Positions 1 to 9,254 of a DNA stretch of 64,000 nucleotides are shown piece after piece. Below the pieces are notes generated by a model. It was not told the origin of the DNA and did not search any database. It saw only the letters and a program-made list of their open reading frames with translations. The first letter of the stretch is position 1; each line of letters opens with the position of its first letter. Made by a program: the position numbers and the translations under genes. The stretch is taken from positions 186,001 through 250,000 of the IMG/VR virus record IMGVR_UViG_3300047445_000186. The stretch is one strand, 5' to 3'.

Positions 1-1
1 G

Positions 2-1327
2 AACAAGGACACGCAAGTCGGCGTGATGAAGGTCGAGCCGGGCGACGAGAACAACCAAGACGTCTCTGTGCTGGTCGGCAAGACTGATCTGCGGAAGCTC
101 GAGAAGTTCAGCCAGAATCACCCGTACGCTTACACATACGGTGGTGGTCTGAATCGCACGAACCAAGGCCTGATGGACTTCGCCGAAATGTTCAAGGCGA
201 ACATCAAGACGCTGAACCCGTTGCTGATGGCTACGCAAGAGCACAACTACAACGGTACCGAAGCGATCCCAGCGATGCCTTACACCGGCATTATCTGCGC
301 GCACAGCAACGAGTCCGAGTGGTTCGCGTTCAAGAACAACAAGACGAACGAAGCGTTCCTTGACCGTGTGTACATCGTGGACGTGCCGTACTGCCTCCGC
401 GTCGACGAAGAAGTGAAGATCTATCAGAAGCTGATCGCGGGCTCCTCGCTCTCGAAGGCACCGATGGCTCCGTACACTCTCGAGCTGCTCGCTCAGTGGA
501 TGGTTCTGACTCGCCTGAAGGAGCCAGAGAACTCGACGCTGATGGCGAAGATGAAGGTCTATAACGGCGAGAACGTGAAGGACACGATGCCGAACGCAAA
601 GCCGTACGAAGAGTACCGCGATGCTGCCGGGAACGACGAAGGTATGAGCGGCCAAAGCACTCGATTCGCGTTCAAGATCCTGTCGCAATCGTTCGATCTG
701 CGCCCTGAAGAACAACAGGCAAACCCTGTGGATCTGATGTACGTGATCGACGCCGCGGTCAAGAAGGAATCGCTGCCGGAAGAAACCGAGAAGAAGCTCC
801 TGACGCTGATCAAGGATCTGCAACGGAAGTACTTCGATTTCCTCGAAAAGGAACTGCGCGCTGCCTACCTCGACTCGTTCAACAGCTTCGGCCAGAACAT
901 GTTCGATCGGTACTTCCTGTTCGCTGAAGCCTGGATTGCTGATGAGCAATGCCGCGATCCGGAAACTCATCAGATGATGAACCGCGAGAAGCTGAACGCA
1001 GCTCTCGAAGAGACCGAAAAGCCGGCTGGGATCGTGAATGCCAAGGACTTCCGGAACGAGATCGTGAACTACGTGCTGCGGTACAAGAACAAGCACGACG
1101 TCGCTCCTCGCTGGAACGAGTACGAGAAGATCAAGGTCGTGCTCGAGAAGCGGATGTTCAGCGCAACCGAGAACATCATGCCAGTCGTGTCGTTCGGTCC
1201 GAAGGGTGACAAGGAAGCTGAAGAGAAGCACACGAAGTTCGTCGAGCGCATGATCGAGAACGGGTACAGCGAAAACCAAGTGAAGATCCTGGTGTCCTGG
1301 TGGTCGCAAAACAAGAAAGCTGCATAA
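2..1327 (+). CDS. yeaG: PrkA/YeaG-family AAA+ ATPase / serine kinase, 5'-truncated by the window edge
   Basis: Frame is open from base 2 (NKDTQVGVMKVEPGDENNQD). Motifs GGLNRTNQGLMDFAEMFK, AHSNESEW and NEAFLDR are typical of PrkA; yeaH and ycgB homologs follow. Confidence 0.9.
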   Translation, partial: NKDTQVGVMKVEPGDENNQDVSVLVGKTDLRKLEKFSQNHPYAYTYGGGLNRTNQGLMDFAEMFKANIKTLNPLLMATQEHNYNGTEAIPAMPYTGIICAHSNESEWFAFKNNKTNEAFLDRVYIVDVPYCLRVDEEVKIYQKLIAGSSLSKAPMAPYTLELLAQWMVLTRLKEPENSTLMAKMKVYNGENVKDTMPNAKPYEEYRDAAGNDEGMSGQSTRFAFKILSQSFDLRPEEQQANPVDLMYVIDAAVKKESLPEETEKKLLTLIKDLQRKYFDFLEKELRAAYLDSFNSFGQNMFDRYFLFAEAWIADEQCRDPETHQMMNREKLNAALEETEKPAGIVNAKDFRNEIVNYVLRYKNKHDVAPRWNEYEKIKVVLEKRMFSATENIMPVVSFGPKGDKEAEEKHTKFVERMIENGYSENQVKILVSWWSQNKKAA

Positions 1328-1349
1328 GCTAAAGCAGCTCTGAGAGGGT

Positions 1350-1389
1350 GAAGGCGGAGTGGAGGATATCCCTCCGCCTTCTTTAGTTT
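1350..1389 (+). terminator. Probable intrinsic terminator after yeaG
   Basis: Stem GAAGGCGGAG (1350-1359) / CTCCGCCTTC (1372-1381), followed by TTTAGTTT. Confidence 0.7.
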
Positions 1390-1404
1390 CGAACTAGGAC
1401 AAGT

Positions 1405-2778
1405 ATGGAAAAGCTTCCAGTAGCAACATATATTTTCGTGGATCGTCGGAAGACGGGCCGCGGCAAGTCGCTTCCGAATCGTCATCGTCTGCTGCGTCGG
1501 ATTAAGGACGCGATCCGCGCATCGCAACCGCAGGACATCGATGCTGGTGGTGTGAAGGGCGCTGCATCTCCGCAATCGGCATCATCTGGGAACGCCGTGA
1601 AGGTCACGCGGAACTCACTGCATGAGCCGACGTTTCATTACGCGAGCGGTACCGGGAATCACAACATCGTTCTGATCGGAAATGATCAGTGGGAACGTGG
1701 TGATGACTTCCCTCTGAGTGATGAAGACTCGGGTGCAGGGAACGGCCAAGGCGGACCAGGCGACGATGGTGAAGACGACTTCATCGTGAACATCTCGCGT
1801 GATGAGTTCTACAATGTGTTCTTCGAAGATTGCGAGCTGCCGAATCTGCAAGAGACGCATGAGAAGGAACTGCCTGAGATGGTTCCAAAGCACGCTGGCT
1901 TCCAGAAGGAAGGTAACCCAGCGCAGCTGAACGTGATTCGCTCGTACAAGAACGCGCTGCCACGCCGTCGTGCGCTGACCACCGAAGCACGTGAACAGCT
2001 CGAGGAACTTGAGGCCGAGTACGAGAAGCTCATGAATGAGCTGGGCTCGCAGTTCACGCTCGCATCGCGCGCTGAAGTGATCCAAGACCGGATGGCCGAG
2101 ATTGAAGAGCAGATCACTGCACTCCGCAGTCGGATCAGTGCTGTGCCGTTCTTCGAGAAGCTCGATCTGCGGTACACGAAGAAAGAGAAGGTCATGGTGA
2201 AGTCGGCTGACGCCGTGTTCATCATGCTCATGGACATCTCTGGTTCGATGGACGAGACCAAGAAGCGTCTTGCACGAAAGTTCTTCTCGCTTCAGTACGC
2301 GTTCATCAAGCGTAAGCACCCAGGTACGGACCTCGTGTTCGTGGCGCACACTGAAACGCCTGTTGAAATGCAGGAAGAAGAGTTCTTCACGACCCGTAAG
2401 AACGGTGGCACGATCGTTTCGCCAGCGTACAAGCTCGTGAATGATATCGTGAAGGCGCGGTACGACGCAACGCAGACGAATCTCTATCTGTCGCAAGCAT
2501 CTGACGGTGACAACTGGGACGATGACAATGCGGAGATCATTCCAGAACTCGAGGACAGTGGCCTGCTCTCAAAGCTCCGTCACATGAGCTACGTTCAGGT
2601 CGGTGTTCCGTACGACTACGGCGGCTACTCGTTCGGTACCTCGATGTTGACGCTGTGGACGACTCTGACGTCGATCGCGAACACATCGAAGAAGCTCTCG
2701 ATGGTCAAGATCGCTGATGACACGCAAGTGTTCGACGCGTTCCACAAGATCTACAAGAAGAGCAATCAGACGAAATGA
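1405..2778 (+). CDS. yeaH: YeaH/YhbH (DUF444) vWA-domain protein
   Basis: N-terminal IFVDRRKTGRGKSLPNRHRLLRR, MIDAS-like DISGSM, and SQASDGDNW; lies between yeaG and ycgB. Confidence 0.9.
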   Translation: MEKLPVATYIFVDRRKTGRGKSLPNRHRLLRRIKDAIRASQPQDIDAGGVKGAASPQSASSGNAVKVTRNSLHEPTFHYASGTGNHNIVLIGNDQWERGDDFPLSDEDSGAGNGQGGPGDDGEDDFIVNISRDEFYNVFFEDCELPNLQETHEKELPEMVPKHAGFQKEGNPAQLNVIRSYKNALPRRRALTTEAREQLEELEAEYEKLMNELGSQFTLASRAEVIQDRMAEIEEQITALRSRISAVPFFEKLDLRYTKKEKVMVKSADAVFIMLMDISGSMDETKKRLARKFFSLQYAFIKRKHPGTDLVFVAHTETPVEMQEEEFFTTRKNGGTIVSPAYKLVNDIVKARYDATQTNLYLSQASDGDNWDDDNAEIIPELEDSGLLSKLRHMSYVQVGVPYDYGGYSFGTSMLTLWTTLTSIANTSKKLSMVKIADDTQVFDAFHKIYKKSNQTK

Positions 2779-2782
2779 AGTC

Positions 2783-2816
2783 ACAACCCGGTCTTCGCAA
2801 GTACCGGGTTGTTTAC
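2783..2816 (+). terminator. Probable intrinsic terminator after yeaH
   Basis: Stem ACAACCCGGT (2783-2792) / ACCGGGTTGT (2803-2812), short T tail. Confidence 0.6.
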
Positions 2817-2847
2817 TGAATATGATAGACTGATCATAAGGACTTAA

Positions 2848-4392
2848 ATGGACAAACTCGTCATTGACTCTCGCACCGACTGGACGCCTGAAATCCTGCG
2901 CCGTGCTTGGGACGAAATTGCAAAGATCTCGGTCGAAGAGCTCGAGCTGGTTCCTGGCAAGGACCTGTACCCGAATCAGTTCGAGATCGTTTCGGCCGAG
3001 CAGATGCTCGATGCGTACGCCTCGATCGGTCTGCCAGTGCACTACAATCACTGGAGCTTCGGCAAGGAATTCCTGCAGAACCAGAAGTCGTACGAGAAGG
3101 GCCAATCCGGCCTGGCGTACGAAATGGTCATTAACAGCAATCCTTGCGTGAACCTGTTGATGGAAGAGAACCTTGCGTACATGCAAGTGATGGTCATGGC
3201 GCACGCTGGCGTCGGCCATAACGCAGTGTTCGCGAACAACGTGTACTTCAAGGAGTGGACGGCTGCAGGTTCGATCATCGACTACATGCTGTTCGCACGT
3301 GACTACATCCGCCATTGCGAAGAGCGGTACGGCGAGCGTGAAGTTGAAGAGGTGCTCGATGCTGCGCACTCCCTCGCATCGCACGGGATTGATAAGTACA
3401 AGCGGAAGCATCGTCCGCATCTGAGCGAAGAGCAACGTCTGAAGAAGCTCATGAGCGCCGATGACCAGCGCCAGCGTGAACTCGACGTGATCATGCTGAA
3501 GACGTCGCTGAATCGCGCCGATGAAGAAGAACTGATGCTCGACGAAGGCGAATCGTTCGAAGACGGCGAAGAGAATCTGCTGTACTTCATCATGAAGAAG
3601 TCGCCGAATCTCGAGCGTTGGAAGCGCGAAGTTATCCGGATCGTGCACAAGATCAATCAGTACTTCTCGCCGCAAGGTCCGACGAAGACTCTGAATGAAG
3701 GTTGCGCCACGTTCTGCCACTGGTACATCATGAAGCGTCTCGAAGAAAAGGGTATTATCACCCCCGACGCGTACATGGCTTATCTGCACTCGCACAGCGG
3801 CGTGGTCTTCCAACCGTCGTACAAGAGCAAGTACTACAGCGGCCCGAACCCGTACGCCCTTGGGTTCAACATCCTGAAGGACGTGAAGCGGATCTGCGAA
3901 GGCGGTGAATGGATCGAGAAGTCTAGTGGTCGTGAATGGGTCGCTATCACCGACGAAGACCGCGCATGGATGCCACATCTGGTCGGCAAGCGCTGGCAAG
4001 ACATGATCAAGGAAGCTTCGTTCGAACACCGTGATGACTCGTTCATCCAGCAGTACCTGTCGCCGAAGGTCATTCGTGACATGAAGCTCTTCACTGTCGG
4101 AATTCGGTACTCGGAAGACGAAGACTACAAGCACCCGACTGCTACGGCTACGGTTGACGAGATTCACGATGACCTCGGTTACGCGAACATTCGGACTGCT
4201 CTGGCTCGCTCGAAGGAACGCGTGAACTACGTCCCGCAGATCGTGGTCGTGGACGCTGATTTGGAAGGTGACCGCACTCTCCATCTGCGGTACGATTCGT
4301 ACATGGGCCGTGAGCTCGATGAGTCTGACGCCGAAGAAGTCGTGCAGTACCTGGACTTCCTCTGGGGTTACCCAGTCAGGCTCGAAGCATGA
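2848..4392 (+). CDS. ycgB: SpoVR/YcgB-family protein
   Basis: Motifs YASIGLPVHYNHWSFGK, LAYEMVINSNP, AHAGVGHNAVFANN, TKTLNEGCATFCH and NPYALGF. Confidence 0.9.
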   Translation: MDKLVIDSRTDWTPEILRRAWDEIAKISVEELELVPGKDLYPNQFEIVSAEQMLDAYASIGLPVHYNHWSFGKEFLQNQKSYEKGQSGLAYEMVINSNPCVNLLMEENLAYMQVMVMAHAGVGHNAVFANNVYFKEWTAAGSIIDYMLFARDYIRHCEERYGEREVEEVLDAAHSLASHGIDKYKRKHRPHLSEEQRLKKLMSADDQRQRELDVIMLKTSLNRADEEELMLDEGESFEDGEENLLYFIMKKSPNLERWKREVIRIVHKINQYFSPQGPTKTLNEGCATFCHWYIMKRLEEKGIITPDAYMAYLHSHSGVVFQPSYKSKYYSGPNPYALGFNILKDVKRICEGGEWIEKSSGREWVAITDEDRAWMPHLVGKRWQDMIKEASFEHRDDSFIQQYLSPKVIRDMKLFTVGIRYSEDEDYKHPTATATVDEIHDDLGYANIRTALARSKERVNYVPQIVVVDADLEGDRTLHLRYDSYMGRELDESDAEEVVQYLDFLWGYPVRLEA

Positions 4393-4589
4393 TCTTCCTT
4401 GTTGCAGGGTCCGTTCGTAAAACGGACTATGAAGGGGAAACCAGAAGCTTCAAGGTAATCCGTCTCGTCGAAGCAGAAGACGAGACGGAAGCTGACCAGA
4501 AGTTCAGCGAGTACTTCAGGGCGAAGACTCGTGAGTACAGCACGTACTACTCGGCAACGGCGGACGAAATTAGTGAAATGATCGTATGA
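4389..4589 (+). CDS. Hypothetical protein (66 aa)
   Basis: ATGA overlaps with both neighbours; phage-like codon usage. Confidence 0.65.
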   Translation: MIFLVAGSVRKTDYEGETRSFKVIRLVEAEDETEADQKFSEYFRAKTREYSTYYSATADEISEMIV

Positions 4590-4948
4590 ATACTGAATTC
4601 CAAACTGGTGACCGCGTGATCGTGAACGGGCACGGCGATCTGTACTTCGAGTACGAATCCCGTGCGTTCATCGGGAACGCGTGCACGGTCCTGAAGAAGA
4701 CGAAAGGTGGTCTGTACCACGTCTCCTTGGACAGCGATCCGAAGAAGACGTACTCGCTGGCGAAGCGCAATCTTGACCCGATTCCCGATTACAGCTTGCC
4801 AGCTTTCGTGCAGGCAACGGAGCCCGGGGCAGTGCAGTACGAGATCATTTACAAGATCCCACCTCGGGGACCGAGACAGGTCTTCTACATCGAGCCTGAT
4901 CCGACCAAGATCAAGCGAGCGAAAATACAGGCATTAGGTGACAAATAG
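4586..4948 (+). CDS. Hypothetical protein, SH3/KOW-like N-terminus
   Basis: FQTGDRVIV motif; coupled to the upstream ORF. Confidence 0.6.
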   Translation: MNTEFQTGDRVIVNGHGDLYFEYESRAFIGNACTVLKKTKGGLYHVSLDSDPKKTYSLAKRNLDPIPDYSLPAFVQATEPGAVQYEIIYKIPPRGPRQVFYIEPDPTKIKRAKIQALGDK

Positions 4949-4978
4949 CGTTCAGCTGTTCCATTGAAAATTCCGTTG

Positions 4979-4984
4979 TAAATA
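4979..4984 (+). promoter_or_regulatory. TAAATA putative late promoter
   Basis: Resembles T4 late TATAAATA and recurs upstream of structural genes; 58 nt before 5043. Confidence 0.55.
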
Positions 4985-4985
4985 G

Positions 4986-5020
4986 AGTTCCACCGTTGCT
5001 TTTGACGGTGGAACTTTTAT
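4986..5020 (+). terminator. Intrinsic terminator hairpin
   Basis: 11-bp stem AGTTCCACCGT / ACGGTGGAACT, 7-nt loop, followed by TTTATT. Confidence 0.7.
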
Positions 5021-5042
5021 TGCTTTTACAAAGGAAAATTTC

Positions 5043-5945
5043 ATGACAGCAATTTCTCAACTCGATCTTTCTACAACCTCGGCAATTCCAGCAACGCCAC
5101 CCACAGGTGAACTCACCGTCACGGCAAAGGTTAGCAACAACAGCGTGCTTTACGGAGCACCGTATACCCGGCTGACAACCACAGATGAGTTTGGCAAAAC
5201 TCGCAGTTTGGTGATCACTGACACGCCATCACTTGTTCTTGAAACTTCCGGTGGCAATGTGACAATCCCGACTGCCACAGCAGCAATTCCTACGTCTAGC
5301 TTCGCAACTGGACACGTACAGTTTGGAAATGCCGGTACCCCCGCAGCATCCCCATATTTCTGGGGTAGTTCAGACAGCACCAGCGCATATCTTGCGCTTG
5401 GGTACGATATGGCTGCAACAGGTTATGGACCCGCATCTGTGCCGACGACGATCATTATTGGTGGCCAACACAACATTATTTCTGATCCAAATTTGACATA
5501 TTCGCCAAATCTGGCGCTTGGTCTGAATGTGCTGTCAAATGGAACGATGCTCTTGCAAGCTAAGTCAAACCCTGGCACGAGCTCGTCGTATGTCACGCTT
5601 CAAGCAAGCACTGGTATCGTCTTCAAGGACAATGCGAACGTGGTTCTGGCGACTGTGACCTCTGCAACAGGCAATCTCACGTTCCTTAAGAGCTCCGGCA
5701 CGATTTCGTACAACGAATCTGGCGGTAACAAGCGGACGGGTGTGGCAACTCTCGTTGGTGGTACTGTGACGATTTCAGTGACAGGTCTTGCGTCCGGCAA
5801 TCGCTTCTTCCTGACGAATCAGAATGGTGGCACAGCCCCTGGTTCGTTGTACGTCTCTTCGTGGAATTCGTCTGGGTTCACGATCAGCTCGACATCGGCA
5901 ACTGACGACTGCAAGGTTGCATGGCTAATCACGAACAGCAACTAA
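5043..5945 (+). CDS. Probable virion structural protein (Ser/Thr/Gly-rich, beta-rich)
   Basis: 300 aa with RBS AAGGAAA, behind TAAATA; composition resembles the tail-associated proteins nearby. Confidence 0.6.
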   Translation: MTAISQLDLSTTSAIPATPPTGELTVTAKVSNNSVLYGAPYTRLTTTDEFGKTRSLVITDTPSLVLETSGGNVTIPTATAAIPTSSFATGHVQFGNAGTPAASPYFWGSSDSTSAYLALGYDMAATGYGPASVPTTIIIGGQHNIISDPNLTYSPNLALGLNVLSNGTMLLQAKSNPGTSSSYVTLQASTGIVFKDNANVVLATVTSATGNLTFLKSSGTISYNESGGNKRTGVATLVGGTVTISVTGLASGNRFFLTNQNGGTAPGSLYVSSWNSSGFTISSTSATDDCKVAWLITNSN

Positions 5946-5966
5946 TCAGGTCCGCCTGAAATGAAC

Positions 5967-5997
5967 GAGGGACCCTAGGGTCCCTTTCTTGTTTAGC
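5967..5997. terminator. Palindromic bidirectional terminator-like element, copy 1
   Basis: AGGGACCCTAGGGTCCCT perfect palindrome at 5968-5985 between convergent genes; same element at 22708-22727. Confidence 0.7.
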
Positions 5998-6050
5998 CTA
6001 TCACCTTCGCCGTTCGAGTGCAACCGGCGTCGCCTGGTGAGACCGAGCCG

Positions 6051-6599
6051 CTATACGACCCAGGTACCGAGCCTGGCCTTCGCCTCGTCGAACGGAATTC
6101 CGAGACCGGACTTCGTATCCCGAAGAACCAGGCTGATCACCCAACGTTCTTCGTTCGTGCTGTTGAACACTGCATGTGGCTGCCCAACGTTCACGAGGGT
6201 TGGTGTGCCAATTGATTGCGCATGTTTTGGCCGAACATCAGCTTCATTGATCTGGCCGTACGAAAATCCACAGATGTTCGTGGACGATTTGATCAACGAA
6301 GGATCATTCAATCGGTACCAGATCATCAAGCTTCCAGCCGCCCCGTAGCAGAAGTTCAGCTTTGCGAAGTTGTTCAGCTCGCCGCTGTCAAGGTGAACCC
6401 TGAGCTTCGCCTTTGGCGGGGTGTGAAAGATCTCGCAGACCGCGACACGCATGCCAATGCGATTCAGGAATTCCAGCAGCTTCATCGGGAGCTTTGCGGC
6501 TCCCATGGTCGTATGCAGGAACGATGTCCGTGGAACTTCACGGACTACGAGTGGTTCAAGATTACACTCGAACGGGAGTTTGATGTTTGCCGCGTACAT
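6051..6599 (-). CDS. Cupin/DSBH Fe(II)/2OG-oxygenase-like protein
   Basis: HxD motif (RVHLD), distal His (NVGQPHAVFN) and RWVISL; paralog of 36455-37027. Start MYAANIK at 6599 is my choice. Confidence 0.6.
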   Translation of the reverse strand: MYAANIKLPFECNLEPLVVREVPRTSFLHTTMGAAKLPMKLLEFLNRIGMRVAVCEIFHTPPKAKLRVHLDSGELNNFAKLNFCYGAAGSLMIWYRLNDPSLIKSSTNICGFSYGQINEADVRPKHAQSIGTPTLVNVGQPHAVFNSTNEERWVISLVLRDTKSGLGIPFDEAKARLGTWVV

Positions 6600-7332
6600 T
6601 TCGTGTCCTAATGACCTTGATGACATACTGGCCTAAATCAAACCTACCGAAACGCGTATCCTTTGGGCGAGCATGATGATGACCATGCTCCCACTCACCG
6701 CCAGTAAAGAGAAGAAATTCCAACCAGCCCTGGTCAAGAGGGCCTTCGGAGTCGTGTGCGAAGACTTGGTGCGCGGACCCCACAAAGTGCAGCCACCCCA
6801 GAGGAATGAGGTAGCAGAACAGGAGAGCGTTCACTCCAAAAGCCAGCAGACCGAGAACTGCTCCAGCGACGACGAGGCTGTAGTAGTTGTGCAGGAATCG
6901 ATGCATCGGATTCCGGTACAGTCGGCTGATTACGCGACGATTGAACGTCGTTGGTCGGTTCTTCTTCCAAAACAGATACTCCCAACCAGTGTAATGCGGA
7001 TCTTTGTCAGTGTCAGAGTACTTGTGGTGCGAAGAGTGCATCCCCGCCCATTGAACCGTGGATCCATAAACGGCAAGTGTGCCTAGGATACCGAACGTCC
7101 AGTGCCAGAACTTGCTCGTCTTGAACGCAGCATGACAGAACAGACGATGCAGGCCGACCGTCACGCCCATCAAAATCCAGAGCGTAAAGAACAGCATTGG
7201 CAGCAGCCAAAGCAGACTAGCCGCGCCCGTGCAAAGCAAGTATCCACCGTACAGCATCGCCGCGAAGCCGACATACGACGCGATTGGCGTCATCAGCAGG
7301 CGGTGTCCGAAGATTTTGTCAGGCCTAGTCAT
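6562..7332 (-). CDS. Membrane fatty-acid (delta-9-type) desaturase
   Basis: Three His boxes (HRLFCH, HSSHH, HGHHH), DPH motif and hydrophobic spans; ATG at 7332 overlaps the upstream stop. Confidence 0.85.
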   Translation of the reverse strand: MTRPDKIFGHRLLMTPIASYVGFAAMLYGGYLLCTGAASLLWLLPMLFFTLWILMGVTVGLHRLFCHAAFKTSKFWHWTFGILGTLAVYGSTVQWAGMHSSHHKYSDTDKDPHYTGWEYLFWKKNRPTTFNRRVISRLYRNPMHRFLHNYYSLVVAGAVLGLLAFGVNALLFCYLIPLGWLHFVGSAHQVFAHDSEGPLDQGWLEFLLFTGGEWEHGHHHARPKDTRFGRFDLGQYVIKVIRTRNVRGKHQTPVRV

Positions 7333-7831
7333 GGAATTCGAGAAGAATGACGTCATGAAGCGCAAGCACTTCACGAGGTTCTGATGTTCTAAATGTTTTT
7401 TCTTCAGTGAACTCTTTGCCGTTCACTTCGACCGAACCGAGACAGACGAGAAAAGCGCCGTGCATTGTCTGCATCTCGCCTTCCTTCAGCTCGTGCTTCG
7501 TAACAGTAGGAAGCTTCCCGTCGTTGATCTTTGCTGGGATGCAGATCCGGGTCGTTGGTTCGACGTACGTGATCTTGAACTCTCCACCTTGACCGACAAC
7601 CTCGTGTTCTGAAGACAGAACACCAGGAACCCGATCCTTGCGGAGAACACCATCCAACTCGAACTGAGCCCGACCCTTAGTGAACAGGGTCAGAGCTTCA
7701 GTCATCATTGAGTCGCCGTCAACCGTCTGCCAACACCCTTCAGGGAAGTCGCGGAACGTGATAATCCATTTGAACGCCCGCTTGATGCGGGTTTCATCTT
7801 TCTTATCTGCTCCGTGGAGGGTCTCGAGCAC
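7325..7831 (-). CDS. Hypothetical protein, possible cupin-like beta-barrel
   Basis: GTG start, 168 aa, beta-strand-rich pattern (AFLVCLGSVEVNG); coupled to the desaturase. Confidence 0.55.
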   Translation of the reverse strand: MLETLHGADKKDETRIKRAFKWIITFRDFPEGCWQTVDGDSMMTEALTLFTKGRAQFELDGVLRKDRVPGVLSSEHEVVGQGGEFKITYVEPTTRICIPAKINDGKLPTVTKHELKEGEMQTMHGAFLVCLGSVEVNGKEFTEEKTFRTSEPREVLALHDVILLEFHD

Positions 7832-7840
7832 GGCAGGACC

Positions 7841-8209
7841 TTAAGCTTGTGCTTCGCGGACTTCTTCGAGCACTTGATAGATCAGAGCGCGAAGGTACTC
7901 TTCTTGCCAGTCGCCAACAGTCTGAGCCACTTCAGGTGTAGCCACTTCCATGCTGGACTTGTCGACGGTAGTTGTGCCACCCAAGCCGACTTGAACGTCC
8001 GCGCTTGGCGTGACGTCTACGACACGCTGCCATTCAGTCGTTGGCGCATAGCTGCGAACGTGTTCTTCAACATTAACTCCCTCAGCAGGAATTGGAATGT
8101 TCAGTGAACGTGCGAGGCCTGGCGCGCCATCAGGCGTGTACTTCACGACCATGTGATGAGTAGCCATGTCAGTCGATTCAACGACCCAAGAGAAAACGAA
8201 AATTGTCAT
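7841..8209 (-). CDS. Hypothetical protein, possible tail-fibre accessory protein
   Basis: RBS AAGGA, TAAATA 22 nt upstream; follows the adhesin genes. Confidence 0.55.
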   Translation of the reverse strand: MTIFVFSWVVESTDMATHHMVVKYTPDGAPGLARSLNIPIPAEGVNVEEHVRSYAPTTEWQRVVDVTPSADVQVGLGGTTTVDKSSMEVATPEVAQTVGDWQEEYLRALIYQVLEEVREAQA

Positions 8210-8248
8210 GATGTTCCTTAGAAGTTCGAACTATTTATTCTGGCCGGA

Positions 8249-9253
8249 TTAGCCGTTCATGGCGCCGTACGTGTTTCCCCAACCTGCGGGCCAGCTGATA
8301 ATACTTGTGTTGTCAACGGCGGTTCCTGGGGGTCCACCACCTGCACCACCTGTTTGGCCGGCGTTCACGCAACAACCGTCAGGTCCACCGCCACCAGCAC
8401 CCCAGTTACCTTGGTTGCCGCCGGCCCCGCCATCACCACCGGCAACAGCCCCACCGATAACTCCGCGACCTCCACCGCCGCCAGCGTAGTCCCAGCTCGC
8501 ATTGCCACCGCCAGCACCGCTTGCAGCGCCAGCACCGCCAGCTGCGTAGCCGCCGCCGCCGCCACTACCGAATCCACGGCCTCCTCCGCCACCGCCTCCT
8601 CCGCCATGATAGTAGTTCGTTGTTGGGTACTTGCCGCCAGTTGAAATACCATTTCGCGCTGCGCCGCCGCCACCGCCACCACCGCCGCCGCCACCAATTT
8701 GGCCGTAGTTATAGAGTGTCATCGACCCGCGAGCAACAAGGGCTGGCCCACCGCCACCACCGCCGCCGGCTCCGCCGAGAGTGCCATTGTTTGAGGAAGC
8801 ACCACCACCGCCGTTTCCACCTCTACCGATGATGTATGAGTTGTTTGTAAGAATGATGTTTGACCCGGCAGCATAACCCTGCCCCATGTCCCACGCCCAG
8901 TTTCCAGTACTACCAGAGTAACAGACGTTGTTGTTCACGATGTCCGCGTAAACGGGGGAACCACCATTCCAGCCGTTCGCGAGAAGCTGATTCCGCAGGT
9001 TGTAATCCTGTGTGGCAGAACCGAGAGTCTGCCAGAATGTGAACGTTCTAGTCACATTCCGGAACGTGCCAACTTGAAGTGCGCCAGATGATGCAATCGT
9101 TCCGTACCCACCGCTTGAAGTACCAGCAGATACGTAATTTCCTGAGCCGTACCCGCCGTTATTTCGGTAGTATTCGCTTAGTGAAATTGGATTACCACCA
9201 CCGAACTCACCCTGGAGCGTGCTGAAAGAAACTGAACCAGTTCCGATCGTCAT
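8249..9253 (-). CDS. Glycine-rich tail-fibre tip adhesin (gp38-like polyglycine protein) B
   Basis: N-terminal SFSTLQGEFGGGNPISLSEYY; multiple GGGGGGG runs separated by aromatic-rich loops. Confidence 0.7.
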   Translation of the reverse strand: MTIGTGSVSFSTLQGEFGGGNPISLSEYYRNNGGYGSGNYVSAGTSSGGYGTIASSGALQVGTFRNVTRTFTFWQTLGSATQDYNLRNQLLANGWNGGSPVYADIVNNNVCYSGSTGNWAWDMGQGYAAGSNIILTNNSYIIGRGGNGGGGASSNNGTLGGAGGGGGGGPALVARGSMTLYNYGQIGGGGGGGGGGGAARNGISTGGKYPTTNYYHGGGGGGGGGRGFGSGGGGGYAAGGAGAASGAGGGNASWDYAGGGGGRGVIGGAVAGGDGGAGGNQGNWGAGGGGPDGCCVNAGQTGGAGGGPPGTAVDNTSIISWPAGWGNTYGAMNG

Positions 9254-9254
9254 C

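Noticed and set aside
1615-4284. Long antisense ORFs (1615-2496, 2569-4284; likewise 45748-46803, 53180-54055, 55149-56075)
   Set aside because: They are shadows of well-supported plus-strand genes with strong codon bias, and show no recognisable motifs or RBS.
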